From a virus: a stretch of 64,000 nt of DNA. The DNA is taken from the IMG/VR virus record IMGVR_UViG_3300009008_000024, positions 1 through 64,000 of that record; one strand, 5' to 3'. Shown one piece after another: positions 55,599 through 63,809 of the stretch. Positions within the stretch are counted from its first letter, which is position 1; every line of letters begins with the position of its first letter. Below the pieces are notes generated by a model that was given only the letters and a program-made list of their open reading frames with translations, was not told the origin of the DNA and ran no database searches. Made by a program: the position numbers and the translations under genes.

Positions 55599-55862
55599 AT
55601 GAAAGAATGTGCTAATGAGTGTGTGGCAGCGAACAAGAATTGTAATAAAAAGGAGTGCCGCCTTTGGATGGATTGTGATGAAGATTTGAACTGTAGTTTG
55701 GTCTCTATAGAGAAGAATGGGGCGATGACCCTTCATCAGGTGGGAGATAAATTAAACCTAAGTTTTGTCCGCATTAAGCAGATACAAGATTTGGCACTTG
55801 ATAAAATTGATAAAGATAAGTTGCGAGATGAATTTTTTGTTCTCGATGATGGCTTTTTCTAG
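55599..55862 (+). CDS. Stand-alone sigma70 region-4 HTH protein with Cys-rich N-terminus
   Basis: MTLHQVGDKLNLSFVRIKQIQDLALDKI resembles RpoD region 4.2 (TLEEVG..F.VTRERIRQIE.KAL.KL). Confidence 0.75.
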   Translation: MKECANECVAANKNCNKKECRLWMDCDEDLNCSLVSIEKNGAMTLHQVGDKLNLSFVRIKQIQDLALDKIDKDKLRDEFFVLDDGFF

Positions 55863-55870
55863 TTTTTGAA

Positions 55871-55880
55871 AACTATTTAT
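55871..55880 (+). promoter_or_regulatory. Putative late promoter (acidic protein)
   Basis: AACTATTTAT. Confidence 0.7.
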
Positions 55881-55932
55881 AATCGTAAAAGTGTAGCATA
55901 TCATATTTGCACACAAAAGGAGATCTTCTATC

Positions 55933-57030
55933 ATGACTAAAAAGAAAACATTGCTCAAGGAAGGGACTGTACGCCAATTTATGAAATTGGCGAACATAGA
56001 ACCTCTCACTCCCGGTTTCGTCGAGAAACTTTATGAAGGAGAGGAAGTCCAAGAAGAGGAAGTCCAAGAAGAGGAAGTCCAAGAAGAGGGCACCAAGAAA
56101 GATGACGAACTCAATGATACGGAAGATGACGGTGCGCGCGGCGAGAAGAAGGGCGATGAAGCATATGTAAACGAGCAAGAAGAGGTAGAAGTCGAAGACG
56201 AAGTGGAACTTGGCGGCGAGGAAGTACTTGGCGGCGAGGAAGAGGAAGAGGTGGATGTTACTGCTCTTGTTCGGGCAATTGCTGATGCTGTAGAAGCGCA
56301 CACTGGAGTCTCTGTCGATGTGGCAGATGAGGACGCGGGCGAAGAAGTAGAACTTGGCGCGGAAGAAGAAGTAGAACTTGGCGATGGCGAAGAAGTAGAA
56401 CTTGGCGCCGAAGAAGAGGTCGAAGAATTAGAGGAAAGCGAAGAGGTCCAAGAAGAGACCCAAGATTTGGAGGAGATAATCTCCACCATCGCTGAAAACG
56501 TCACAAAGCGTCTCGAAGAGATGGCAAAAAAAAAAATAAAAATGCATGAAGGTCCGTGGGACACTTGGTCCAACGCGATAGATATGGGATTGGGCGGCGG
56601 CGGCGGCAAAGAGTTTGAAAAACAAGATTATGCCGCTAAGGTTGCTCACGGAATGGCACAACGCGCCAAGAGACTCCCGTCTGAAGACCCGGCACTCTCG
56701 CGCAAGAAGCACGCAGCGCGCAAAAAGCGTGGAGAAAAATCAAAGCGCGCACGAACAGGATATGAAGATATCACCACTGCTATAAAGGCGCACCCTAATG
56801 CTCCCGAGGGATTCGGGGGTGGTCAAAAAGATGTAGATGAACTCGCATCCGCCCTGGGATTACGCGCTGGAAAAGATTTTAGAAATTATCCTCAAATGAA
56901 GAAAGCAGTATTGAAAGCGCTCGACGGAACGCCAAAGGCACCTGAAAAGAAACTCCCCGGCAATAAACGCCCAGGAGGACCGCGAAAGGTTATCCAACCA
57001 AGGCGCCTTACCATGAGAGACGTTTCATGA
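55933..57030 (+). CDS. Highly acidic late protein, probable prohead core/internal protein
   Basis: Late motif at 55871; LLKE, RQFMKLANI, EEVQE repeats, basic C-terminus. Confidence 0.6.
   Translation: MTKKKTLLKEGTVRQFMKLANIEPLTPGFVEKLYEGEEVQEEEVQEEEVQEEGTKKDDELNDTEDDGARGEKKGDEAYVNEQEEVEVEDEVELGGEEVLGGEEEEEVDVTALVRAIADAVEAHTGVSVDVADEDAGEEVELGAEEEVELGDGEEVELGAEEEVEELEESEEVQEETQDLEEIISTIAENVTKRLEEMAKKKIKMHEGPWDTWSNAIDMGLGGGGGKEFEKQDYAAKVAHGMAQRAKRLPSEDPALSRKKHAARKKRGEKSKRARTGYEDITTAIKAHPNAPEGFGGGQKDVDELASALGLRAGKDFRNYPQMKKAVLKALDGTPKAPEKKLPGNKRPGGPRKVIQPRRLTMRDVS
56041..56412 (+). repeat. Coding tandem repeats: 15 bp x3 (EEVQE) and 24-bp period x3 (EEVELGxx)
   Basis: GAGGAAGTCCAAGAA x3 at 56041-56085; GAAGAAGTAGAACTTGGC x3 from 56341. 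Confidence 0.9.
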
Positions 57031-57060
57031 TGATCGATATAGTTGATAAACAGTAAAATA

Positions 57061-57085
57061 AAAAACCACCTTCGGGTGGTTTTTT
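57061..57085 (+). terminator. Intrinsic terminator with UUCG loop
   Basis: AAAAACCACC-TTCG-GGTGGTTTTTT. Confidence 0.9.
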
Positions 57086-57087
57086 GC

Positions 57088-57116
57088 TTGACAAACGATC
57101 AAAATGTGTATATAAT
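57088..57116 (+). promoter_or_regulatory. sigma70-type promoter for groEL
   Basis: Perfect TTGACA-17-TATAAT. Confidence 0.9.
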
Positions 57117-57138
57117 ATACGTGAGATCATTTTAGGAA

Positions 57139-57148
57139 AACTAATTAT
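57139..57148 (+). promoter_or_regulatory. Putative late promoter (groEL; tandem with a sigma70 promoter)
   Basis: AACTAATTAT. Confidence 0.65.
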
Positions 57149-57184
57149 TGAGGGTGAATAAATTATTATGGAATATATGCGGCA

Positions 57185-57403
57185 ATGTTTTTCTTTTTTC
57201 GCGCAATTGTTTACGAGGTGTACTACGGGATTCTCCTGCTCCCACTCCTATGTGCGCATAAGTACTACTGGAAGAAGGTATTACACTTCAAGGACAAGAG
57301 GAAAATAAGGAGATTAGCATATTATTTCTTAAAATCTCAAAAATATGAAAGGAAGATAGAGATGAATAAAATCGATAAATATCGGAGGATCAATGGCGAC
57401 TAA
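57185..57403 (+). CDS. Hypothetical small membrane protein (start uncertain)
   Basis: Hydrophobic N-half, basic C-half; overlaps the groEL start. Confidence 0.4.
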   Translation: MFFFFRAIVYEVYYGILLLPLLCAHKYYWKKVLHFKDKRKIRRLAYYFLKSQKYERKIEMNKIDKYRRINGD

Positions 57404-58988
57404 GCACTATCTCAGCACAAAAGATGGTTTAAACCAGAAAATTTTAGAGGGGGTTAATAAGTTAGCAGACAATGTTGCTGCTACGATGGGACCGAAAGGG
57501 AGAAATGTTATACTTCATGCGCCCGGACACAACCCCATGATTACCAAGGATGGAGTAACTGTTGCCAAATTTGTGGATTTTGAAGATCCCTTTGAAAACG
57601 TTGGCGCCCAAATAATTAAACAAGCAAGCGAGGAGACCAACAGCAATGCTGGGGATGGAACTACGACCGCGACAGTTCTTGCCCGGGCAATTTTAGTAGA
57701 GGCACAGAAGCATTTGGTAGCAGGTCTTTCGCCCGTTGAACTCAAGAGGGGCATTGATAAGGCAACTGAAATTATGGTCGAGAACCTGAGAAGCGATGCG
57801 CGCAAGGTAACAAGACTGGAAGACATAGAAGACATTGCCACAATTTCTGCCAATGGCGATAGGACAATAGGGAAACTTCTTTCTACTGCGATTGACATGA
57901 TAGGTAACGACGGCAGCATAACCATCGAAGAGGCAAGATCCCTAGACACTTCTCTGGATGTCATGGAAGGATTCAGGTTTGATAGTGGGTATACTGCAAC
58001 TGCCTTCGTCAATGATGAGAGGAGGGGTCTGATGCGATATGATAACCCCCTCTATTTGGTGACAGATGAGAAGATTGAGTTTGTTGAAGATATCCTTCCC
58101 GTTCTAGAACTGGCGGCGCGAGACGGTAGACCACTCATAGTGGTGTGCGAAGAGGTGGAGGGTCAGGCGCTAGCTGCCATGATCATGAATGCAGTCCGCG
58201 GCACCATGAAGGTTGCAGCGATAAAGGCGCCCAACTATGGCGAAGAGCGCAGGAATATTTTAGAGGATCTTTGCGTGAGTGTGGGTGCAACTTTTGTTTC
58301 CCGCAGTTCAGGCATGCAGTTGAAAGATGTGAAGTTGCAGCACCTAGGAAGTTCCAAGACAATTGAATGCGAGAAGTTTTCTACCACCATAGTAGGTGGG
58401 AAGGGGGAAGAGGATAAGGTGCAAGAGAAGATCGATGCGCTTAAGAGTCTTTTCGAGAAAACAAGTGGCATGCATGAGTGCGAAAGGATACAAGAGAGAA
58501 TAACGAGATTGGCGAGCGGAATTGCTGTCATTAGTGTTGGTGGCGCCACAGAAATAGAGATGACTGAGAAAAAGCACCGTGTCGAAGACGCACTTGAGGC
58601 GGTAAAGTCGGCACAAAAAGAGGGTATCGTGGTAGGCGGCGGAATGGCACTCCTAAGCGTTGCTTCTCGATTGAACCTGGCAGATTTTTGTGAGGAAGGC
58701 ACAGAAGAATCATGCGGCGCTAGCATTGTCTTGAGAGCGGTTGCGGCACCTCTGCGCCAAATGGTAGAAAACGCAGGGGGCAAGCCAGATGTTATATTGA
58801 ACGCAGCAAGAGAGTTAGATGCTGGTCGCGGATTTGATTTGCGTAAGGATTTTGGAGAATGCGAGGCAGTGGATATGTTCGAAGAGGGGATCATAGATCC
58901 ACTAAAGGTGGTAAGATCTGCACTTCAGAACGCTGCATCGGCAGCAGGAACTCTTTTGACTAGCAGTCATGCGATTATATCCAAATAG
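57393..58988 (+). CDS. groEL: Group I chaperonin GroEL
   Basis: GPKGRNV, ITKDGVTVAK, AGDGTTTATVLA, ATISANGD, EG.RFD.GY, ERI.RLA.G.AVI.VG, EGIV.GGG, GIIDP.KV; no GGM tail. Confidence 0.97.
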   Translation: MATKHYLSTKDGLNQKILEGVNKLADNVAATMGPKGRNVILHAPGHNPMITKDGVTVAKFVDFEDPFENVGAQIIKQASEETNSNAGDGTTTATVLARAILVEAQKHLVAGLSPVELKRGIDKATEIMVENLRSDARKVTRLEDIEDIATISANGDRTIGKLLSTAIDMIGNDGSITIEEARSLDTSLDVMEGFRFDSGYTATAFVNDERRGLMRYDNPLYLVTDEKIEFVEDILPVLELAARDGRPLIVVCEEVEGQALAAMIMNAVRGTMKVAAIKAPNYGEERRNILEDLCVSVGATFVSRSSGMQLKDVKLQHLGSSKTIECEKFSTTIVGGKGEEDKVQEKIDALKSLFEKTSGMHECERIQERITRLASGIAVISVGGATEIEMTEKKHRVEDALEAVKSAQKEGIVVGGGMALLSVASRLNLADFCEEGTEESCGASIVLRAVAAPLRQMVENAGGKPDVILNAARELDAGRGFDLRKDFGECEAVDMFEEGIIDPLKVVRSALQNAASAAGTLLTSSHAIISK

Positions 58989-58990
58989 GG

Positions 58991-59000
58991 AACTACTTAT
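58991..59000 (+). promoter_or_regulatory. Putative late promoter (holin-like gene)
   Basis: AACTACTTAT. Confidence 0.65.
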
Positions 59001-59023
59001 AAATATTGCACGGGGGAATCGTT

Positions 59024-59302
59024 GTGGCGTCAACAAAAGAAACAAAAGAAGTTTGTTTAACAATGCTGGATGGGAAATTGGATATGCTGGACATGAAAAT
59101 AGATGAGTTAAAAGAAAAGCAAGAAGACATGGCCGAGGACATATCAAAGGTGAAAGAGGCAGTTTACCACCCGGATGAAGGATTGTACGCTAGGTTACGA
59201 GAATTAGAATCATGGCAGAAAACTTCTACTCGGTTCATATGGATGCTAGTGTCTTCTACCCTCGGAATATTCGCCTATATTGTTACTAAAATTTTATCTT
59301 AA
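59024..59302 (+). CDS. Coiled-coil protein with one C-terminal TM helix (holin/XhlA-like candidate)
   Basis: Heptad region, RLRELE, then FIWMLVSSTLGIFAYIV; late motif at 58991. Confidence 0.5.
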   Translation: MASTKETKEVCLTMLDGKLDMLDMKIDELKEKQEDMAEDISKVKEAVYHPDEGLYARLRELESWQKTSTRFIWMLVSSTLGIFAYIVTKILS

Positions 59303-59310
59303 TTTTTTAC

Positions 59311-59339
59311 TTGACAAGCGGCGCAAGATGCGATATAAT
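59311..59339 (+). promoter_or_regulatory. sigma70-type promoter for the glutaredoxin operon
   Basis: Perfect TTGACA-17-TATAAT. Confidence 0.9.
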
Positions 59340-59370
59340 ATATTATTAGAAAATGGAAGGAGATCTTTTA

Positions 59371-59688
59371 ATGGTAAAAGAGGTTAAAATATCTCTAAGG
59401 GGAGCACTAGAAGATCTCCCGGAAGAGATGGCAGAGTTGCTAGAGATAGCATCTGCCAAGATGAGGGGCGGCACCTCTGTCCTGGATCGAGCAGTGAAAA
59501 GATTGGCGGATAGCGGAAGCATCAAGCATGCTCTGGTAGACTTGGAAGAGGTAAGGTTGCTTCTTTATAAGTTAGATAATAGAATAGGAGATTGTATGAG
59601 TATCCTAGAGGGATATGCCCAGCACCATTCGGGCGCTGAATTATTGCCCGAACCAGATCTCCCGCCGGAGATGAAAGAGGATGAGTAG
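59371..59688 (+). CDS. Hypothetical protein
   Basis: sigma70 promoter and AGGAG SD upstream. Confidence 0.65.
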   Translation: MVKEVKISLRGALEDLPEEMAELLEIASAKMRGGTSVLDRAVKRLADSGSIKHALVDLEEVRLLLYKLDNRIGDCMSILEGYAQHHSGAELLPEPDLPPEMKEDE

Positions 59689-59977
59689 TGTCCCCTATGA
59701 GAGAGGAGATCTGGTATACTTGCGCCAAGGATGCCTCCTGTTTGATTGGGTGGATTTTAGAGCGGCGCACAGATGCTCGCCAGATGATTACGGCATGGCG
59801 ATGGCAACACTTGGTTACGCTAGAGTGAGCAAACCATCGGTGGGCATGATTCTCCAAAGGAGCGATCATATGGAGGATAAATATGTGGTTTTCTGGAAGG
59901 GCAAATTACATATTGTGCATGCGCGCGAGTGTCGTGGACTAAATAATAAAAAAAGAAAGGGCAAAAAATGCTTATAA
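59681..59977 (+). CDS. Hypothetical protein (GDLV, SH3/KOW-like start)
   Basis: Overlapping operon gene; YERGDLVYL. Confidence 0.55.
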   Translation: MSSVPYERGDLVYLRQGCLLFDWVDFRAAHRCSPDDYGMAMATLGYARVSKPSVGMILQRSDHMEDKYVVFWKGKLHIVHARECRGLNNKKRKGKKCL

Positions 59978-60264
59978 AACTTATAGAAGTAACAAAAAGG
60001 GCGAGCGTGGGAAGTAGTCGCGGATATGACATGGGAGAAGTTTTTGTAAACCCGGAAAATATTGTAAACATCCGGGAAGACACTAGTCTCAATTCCCTCT
60101 TTCAGGAGGGAAAATTACCGTGGAAAGAACTCAATGAATACACTACATTTTCTACAATCACATTAAATAGCGGAGGATTCTCTTCTACTGTTACTGTAGC
60201 GGGTTCCCCCTCTCAAATACAAGAAAAGTGTTATGCTACGAAAAAGCAACTATTGAGGGGGTGA
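59968..60264 (+). CDS. FlbD-like small protein
   Basis: MLIKL...VFVNPENIVNIRE...TITLNSG....V..S..QI.EK follows the FlbD pattern (I.LT......LN...IE.IE...T.I.L..G....V.E....V). Confidence 0.5.
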   Translation: MLIKLIEVTKRASVGSSRGYDMGEVFVNPENIVNIREDTSLNSLFQEGKLPWKELNEYTTFSTITLNSGGFSSTVTVAGSPSQIQEKCYATKKQLLRG

Positions 60265-60267
60265 AAG

Positions 60268-60528
60268 GTGGTAGAATATATTCATGTCTATTGCAAGGTG
60301 GAATGTCCCTTTTGCAAGGATGCGATCACTCTCTTGGAGGAAGAGAAGAGGGATTTTGTGGTGACTGTCATTGATCACTGCAAACCATTTGAGGACGGAA
60401 TTAAAAGGGAATTGAATTTTAAGACAGTCCCTATAGTTCTCAAGCATCGCGCCGACGGAAAAGTAGAGATGATCGGTGGGTACACCGAGTTGCGATCTTA
60501 TATTCAAAAAGAGAAAGGAGCAAAATGA
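60268..60528 (+). CDS. Glutaredoxin
   Basis: CPFC, TVPIV, IGGYTEL. Confidence 0.92.
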   Translation: MVEYIHVYCKVECPFCKDAITLLEEEKRDFVVTVIDHCKPFEDGIKRELNFKTVPIVLKHRADGKVEMIGGYTELRSYIQKEKGAK

Positions 60529-60923
60529 TTATTTGTAGTTTGAGGGATATTTCCTGCACACCGGAGGAATTCCGCAAGGGCAGGTACCATGGTTCGAATT
60601 TTTGGGATCTGAAAGGTTTCGCGAAGAGTTGCTGGGTGGTAGCCGCCTATATCGACTATGATAGTACCGATCAGTTATGTCAGGCGCCTCCCTGGAAGAC
60701 AGAGGAAGATATCATGAATGAGTGCGTCGAGTATCTCAATAGACCCCCCAAGAGGAAGAAGTATGAGAAGAAAGAGCAGAATTCTCCTTACGGAAATTTG
60801 TCCATCTATCAATACACCTTCAAGAAGGGGGAGACCGGAAAATCATATATAGAAGCGCTTCTGGTTACCGACCAGAGGGAGAATGTGCATTTTTGGGGAA
60901 AAGGCAAAAGCGATAAGTTGTAG
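60525..60923 (+). CDS. Hypothetical protein
   Basis: AAGGAG SD; ATGA overlap. Confidence 0.65.
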   Translation: MIICSLRDISCTPEEFRKGRYHGSNFWDLKGFAKSCWVVAAYIDYDSTDQLCQAPPWKTEEDIMNECVEYLNRPPKRKKYEKKEQNSPYGNLSIYQYTFKKGETGKSYIEALLVTDQRENVHFWGKGKSDKL

Positions 60924-60927
60924 AGGA

Positions 60928-60937
60928 AACTAGTTAT
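60928..60937 (+). promoter_or_regulatory. Putative late promoter
   Basis: AACTAGTTAT. Confidence 0.65.
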
Positions 60938-60940
60938 TTT

Positions 60941-61288
60941 ATGGTCATGAAAAGAATAATGGAGAATTTTAAGTATTTTGTGCGAGAGAGCACAGAGATG
61001 CCCGACTTTAAATTTGAAGCAATTCTTAAAAATGCTAGCACGAAGGAACGAGGAAAGCAAGATATTTTGAATGATATCCGCGCTCTCAAGGGGATAACGG
61101 TGGTATATATCGTGTCGGCAGAAAAGCCGCGAGCAGGAGAGGATATGTCTCTCTTGTCCCTCAAGGTAGATAGGTATGTGCTGGGGCATGCCTCGGTTAG
61201 TAGTATAATTAGCGAATTAGTAAAGAACATCAAGAGGATGGATGGTGTCCTTTCTTTTGCTGTCAAGGGTATTCCGGAACAAATATGA
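60941..61288 (+). CDS. Small late protein with head-targeting-like leader and ferredoxin/ACT-like fold
   Basis: MKRIMENFKYFVRE leader; IRALKGITVV and IKRMDGV repeats; late motif immediately upstream. Confidence 0.55.
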   Translation: MVMKRIMENFKYFVRESTEMPDFKFEAILKNASTKERGKQDILNDIRALKGITVVYIVSAEKPRAGEDMSLLSLKVDRYVLGHASVSSIISELVKNIKRMDGVLSFAVKGIPEQI

Positions 61289-61289
61289 G

Positions 61290-61496
61290 ATGGACGACAG
61301 TATTCTTTATGTGAAGAGTGTGTGTATGGTTTGCAGGAATCGTACATATGCGTGCGATTATTGCAATGGCGAGGGAAGAACTTTTATAGAGGCATCAGAT
61401 AAGACAATAGCAGATTGGATAAAGAGAGTGGAAGTGAGCAGAAGAAACAATATAATAGAGAGTGCTATGGAAGGGGACCAGAATGAGACTGGATAA
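61290..61496 (+). CDS. Small Zn-finger protein (CxxC...CxxCxGxG)
   Basis: CMVC and CDYCNGEG. Confidence 0.6.
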   Translation: MDDSILYVKSVCMVCRNRTYACDYCNGEGRTFIEASDKTIADWIKRVEVSRRNNIIESAMEGDQNETG

Positions 61497-61827
61497 GAAG
61501 GAAAAGAGTGTGATAAAGAAAGAAATTAAGGAAGAGGCATACGGCAGATATAGCGAAATGATGGACTCTATGCTGAAGAAGTCCTACTACCAAGGATTTA
61601 AGTCAACGCTGAGTACATTCCTTTCTTTGAGTATGTGTGCTGAGGCGACAAAAAATAACCTAATCAAGATGGGTGGCGACAAGGACTTGATCGATTCCGC
61701 GCGCGCCACCATTATCGAAGAGATTTGGAATCTCATGGATTTATACGAAAAGGGCATATTTCAACAACTAGTTCAGAAGCATGAGCAGGAAAAAGAACTA
61801 GAAAAAGAAGAGACTGGTAAAGGGTAG
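61483..61827 (+). CDS. Hypothetical helical protein
   Basis: ORF with GGGGA SD; overlaps the upstream gene. Confidence 0.6.
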   Translation: MRLDKKEKSVIKKEIKEEAYGRYSEMMDSMLKKSYYQGFKSTLSTFLSLSMCAEATKNNLIKMGGDKDLIDSARATIIEEIWNLMDLYEKGIFQQLVQKHEQEKELEKEETGKG

Positions 61828-61841
61828 AATCTGGGATACAT

Positions 61842-63788
61842 ATGGCGAGACACACCTATTTAGCACTTTTATTTTTATTTTTGTTGCATGGGTGTTCGTG
61901 CGATGAGAATCTAACATATGTGTGTCCGCCTCCCCAACCTTGCGTAAATCTTTCTGATGGCGGAATAGAAGTGTTGGACGAGAGTTTCATCTCTCGCACG
62001 AAGGGTGAATGCCGATTAGGATACACTGACTGCGATGAGGAAAACAAAGACATCTGCATTGGTCAAATAAACCCAACAGAAGAGACATGTGACGGTTTGG
62101 ATAATGATTGCGACGGCATAGCAGATAATGGGTTGTTTATAGATGAAGACAATGATTCATTCAACGATCCAGATTCTTGCTTGGGACCAAAAACAGATTG
62201 CGATGATGACGACCCAGCAGCATTTCCAGGCAATGAAGAAGTGTGTGACGGCGTGGATAATGATTGTGATGGCGAAATAGACAACATAGGACCATTCGAA
62301 TGTTGGACTGGTGGAGAGAGCGCAGTATTTAATGAGAATTCTCCATGTAGGACAGGTGTTGTAGAGTGTGTTGATGGTGCATGGTCAGGGTGTTTGGGGC
62401 AAGTTTTCCCAGTGCCAGAACAGTGTGATTTAATAGACAATGATTGCAATGGAGAAGTTGATGATTCTCCATGGGGAGAGGGAGAACCATGTGGACCGCA
62501 AAGCACCATAGGGCAGTGCTCATATGGTTATGGGGTGTGCGTCTCGGGCGAGATGTATTGTATCGATGCCGTCTATCCGCAGAATGAAGCATGTGATGCT
62601 GTTGATAATGATTGCAATGGGTTTGTTGATGAAAATTTAGAAAGACTTTGCGAAACTGAATGTGGGTATGGCGTAGAAGAGTGCTCTGGTGGCATTTGGG
62701 ATAATTGTAGTGCTCCTGCGCCGCAGGATGAGATATGCGACATGATCGACAACGACTGCGACGGAGAGGTGGATGAGGGATGTTTGTGCATTGTAGGCGA
62801 TTCTAGGACGTGCCAGGAGGAGAATATGTATGATCCTGTAAGCGGAGAGCATAGGAATTGTGGTATCGGGGTAGAATATTGTGATATTTTTGGAATGTGG
62901 GGAGACTGCTACTGGACAGGCATTCAGGCCGAAGTTTGTAATAACTGGGACGATGACTGTGACGACATAATAGATATGATGCAGTCATCTTGTGGAAATC
63001 AGGATAGTTCTACGGTGGGAGTTGGCGAATGTAAACTTGGCACCACCACATGCATAGAGGGTGAGTGGGGAATATGCGAAGGTGAAATATCTCCCATGGA
63101 AGAAGTGTGTGATCAACTGGACAATGACTGCGATGGAGAGATTGATGAAGATCTGAACTCTCATGAGAAAGTTGATATGGTATTTGCTATTGATATATCT
63201 GGTTCCATGTGCAATTATGTAGACGCACTGGCGCAGGGAATAATGGCATATATTGCCGACTTCGAAGATACGGAACATAGGTTTGGGTTGGTTGTGTTCC
63301 CCCCTCCCAACTATTCACCAGTAGGGGAATATCAACCCAGGTATCAAGTAATGACAATTCCTCCTCTTGTTGACGTGACATCTTTCTTATTTGAATTGGC
63401 AAATCTAGATTGTAATGGCGGAGGATCAGAACCAAGTTATGATACGATGTATGATCTGGTGCGCCCCGACGACCCAGCTGGCATAGGGTGGAGAGACGAT
63501 GCCTATCCCTACATAATAATGATTACAGACGAACCGGCACAGTCTTGGGACAACCTAGGAGAATCCAATATTGCTCCCCACACCAATAATTGTGCAATAG
63601 GCGAATGTGTTGCCGGCGATAAGATAGAAGTGTTTGTTATTTCAAAACCAGGATATCTGTGGAGTTGGGACGATGTTATTTATGGAGACTTCGACAGATA
63701 TTTTGCTATAGATCCAGCAGAAGGAAGTAGGTATACTATAATGCTGCAAGAAATTTTTACAAACGTGTGTTTGCCAGAAGGAGAGTAG
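61842..63788 (+). CDS. Lipoprotein with 7 Cys/Asp-rich (E.CD..DNDCDG..D, MopE-related) repeats and a C-terminal vWA domain
   Basis: LLHGC lipobox; DNDC(D/N)G repeats; MIDAS DISGSM, GG.EP, ITDE. Confidence 0.85.
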   Translation: MARHTYLALLFLFLLHGCSCDENLTYVCPPPQPCVNLSDGGIEVLDESFISRTKGECRLGYTDCDEENKDICIGQINPTEETCDGLDNDCDGIADNGLFIDEDNDSFNDPDSCLGPKTDCDDDDPAAFPGNEEVCDGVDNDCDGEIDNIGPFECWTGGESAVFNENSPCRTGVVECVDGAWSGCLGQVFPVPEQCDLIDNDCNGEVDDSPWGEGEPCGPQSTIGQCSYGYGVCVSGEMYCIDAVYPQNEACDAVDNDCNGFVDENLERLCETECGYGVEECSGGIWDNCSAPAPQDEICDMIDNDCDGEVDEGCLCIVGDSRTCQEENMYDPVSGEHRNCGIGVEYCDIFGMWGDCYWTGIQAEVCNNWDDDCDDIIDMMQSSCGNQDSSTVGVGECKLGTTTCIEGEWGICEGEISPMEEVCDQLDNDCDGEIDEDLNSHEKVDMVFAIDISGSMCNYVDALAQGIMAYIADFEDTEHRFGLVVFPPPNYSPVGEYQPRYQVMTIPPLVDVTSFLFELANLDCNGGGSEPSYDTMYDLVRPDDPAGIGWRDDAYPYIIMITDEPAQSWDNLGESNIAPHTNNCAIGECVAGDKIEVFVISKPGYLWSWDDVIYGDFDRYFAIDPAEGSRYTIMLQEIFTNVCLPEGE

Positions 63789-63795
63789 AACTGCC

Positions 63796-63805
63796 AACTA
63801 GTTAT
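63796..63805 (+). promoter_or_regulatory. Putative late promoter
   Basis: AACTAGTTAT. Confidence 0.6.
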
Positions 63806-63809
63806 TGGT

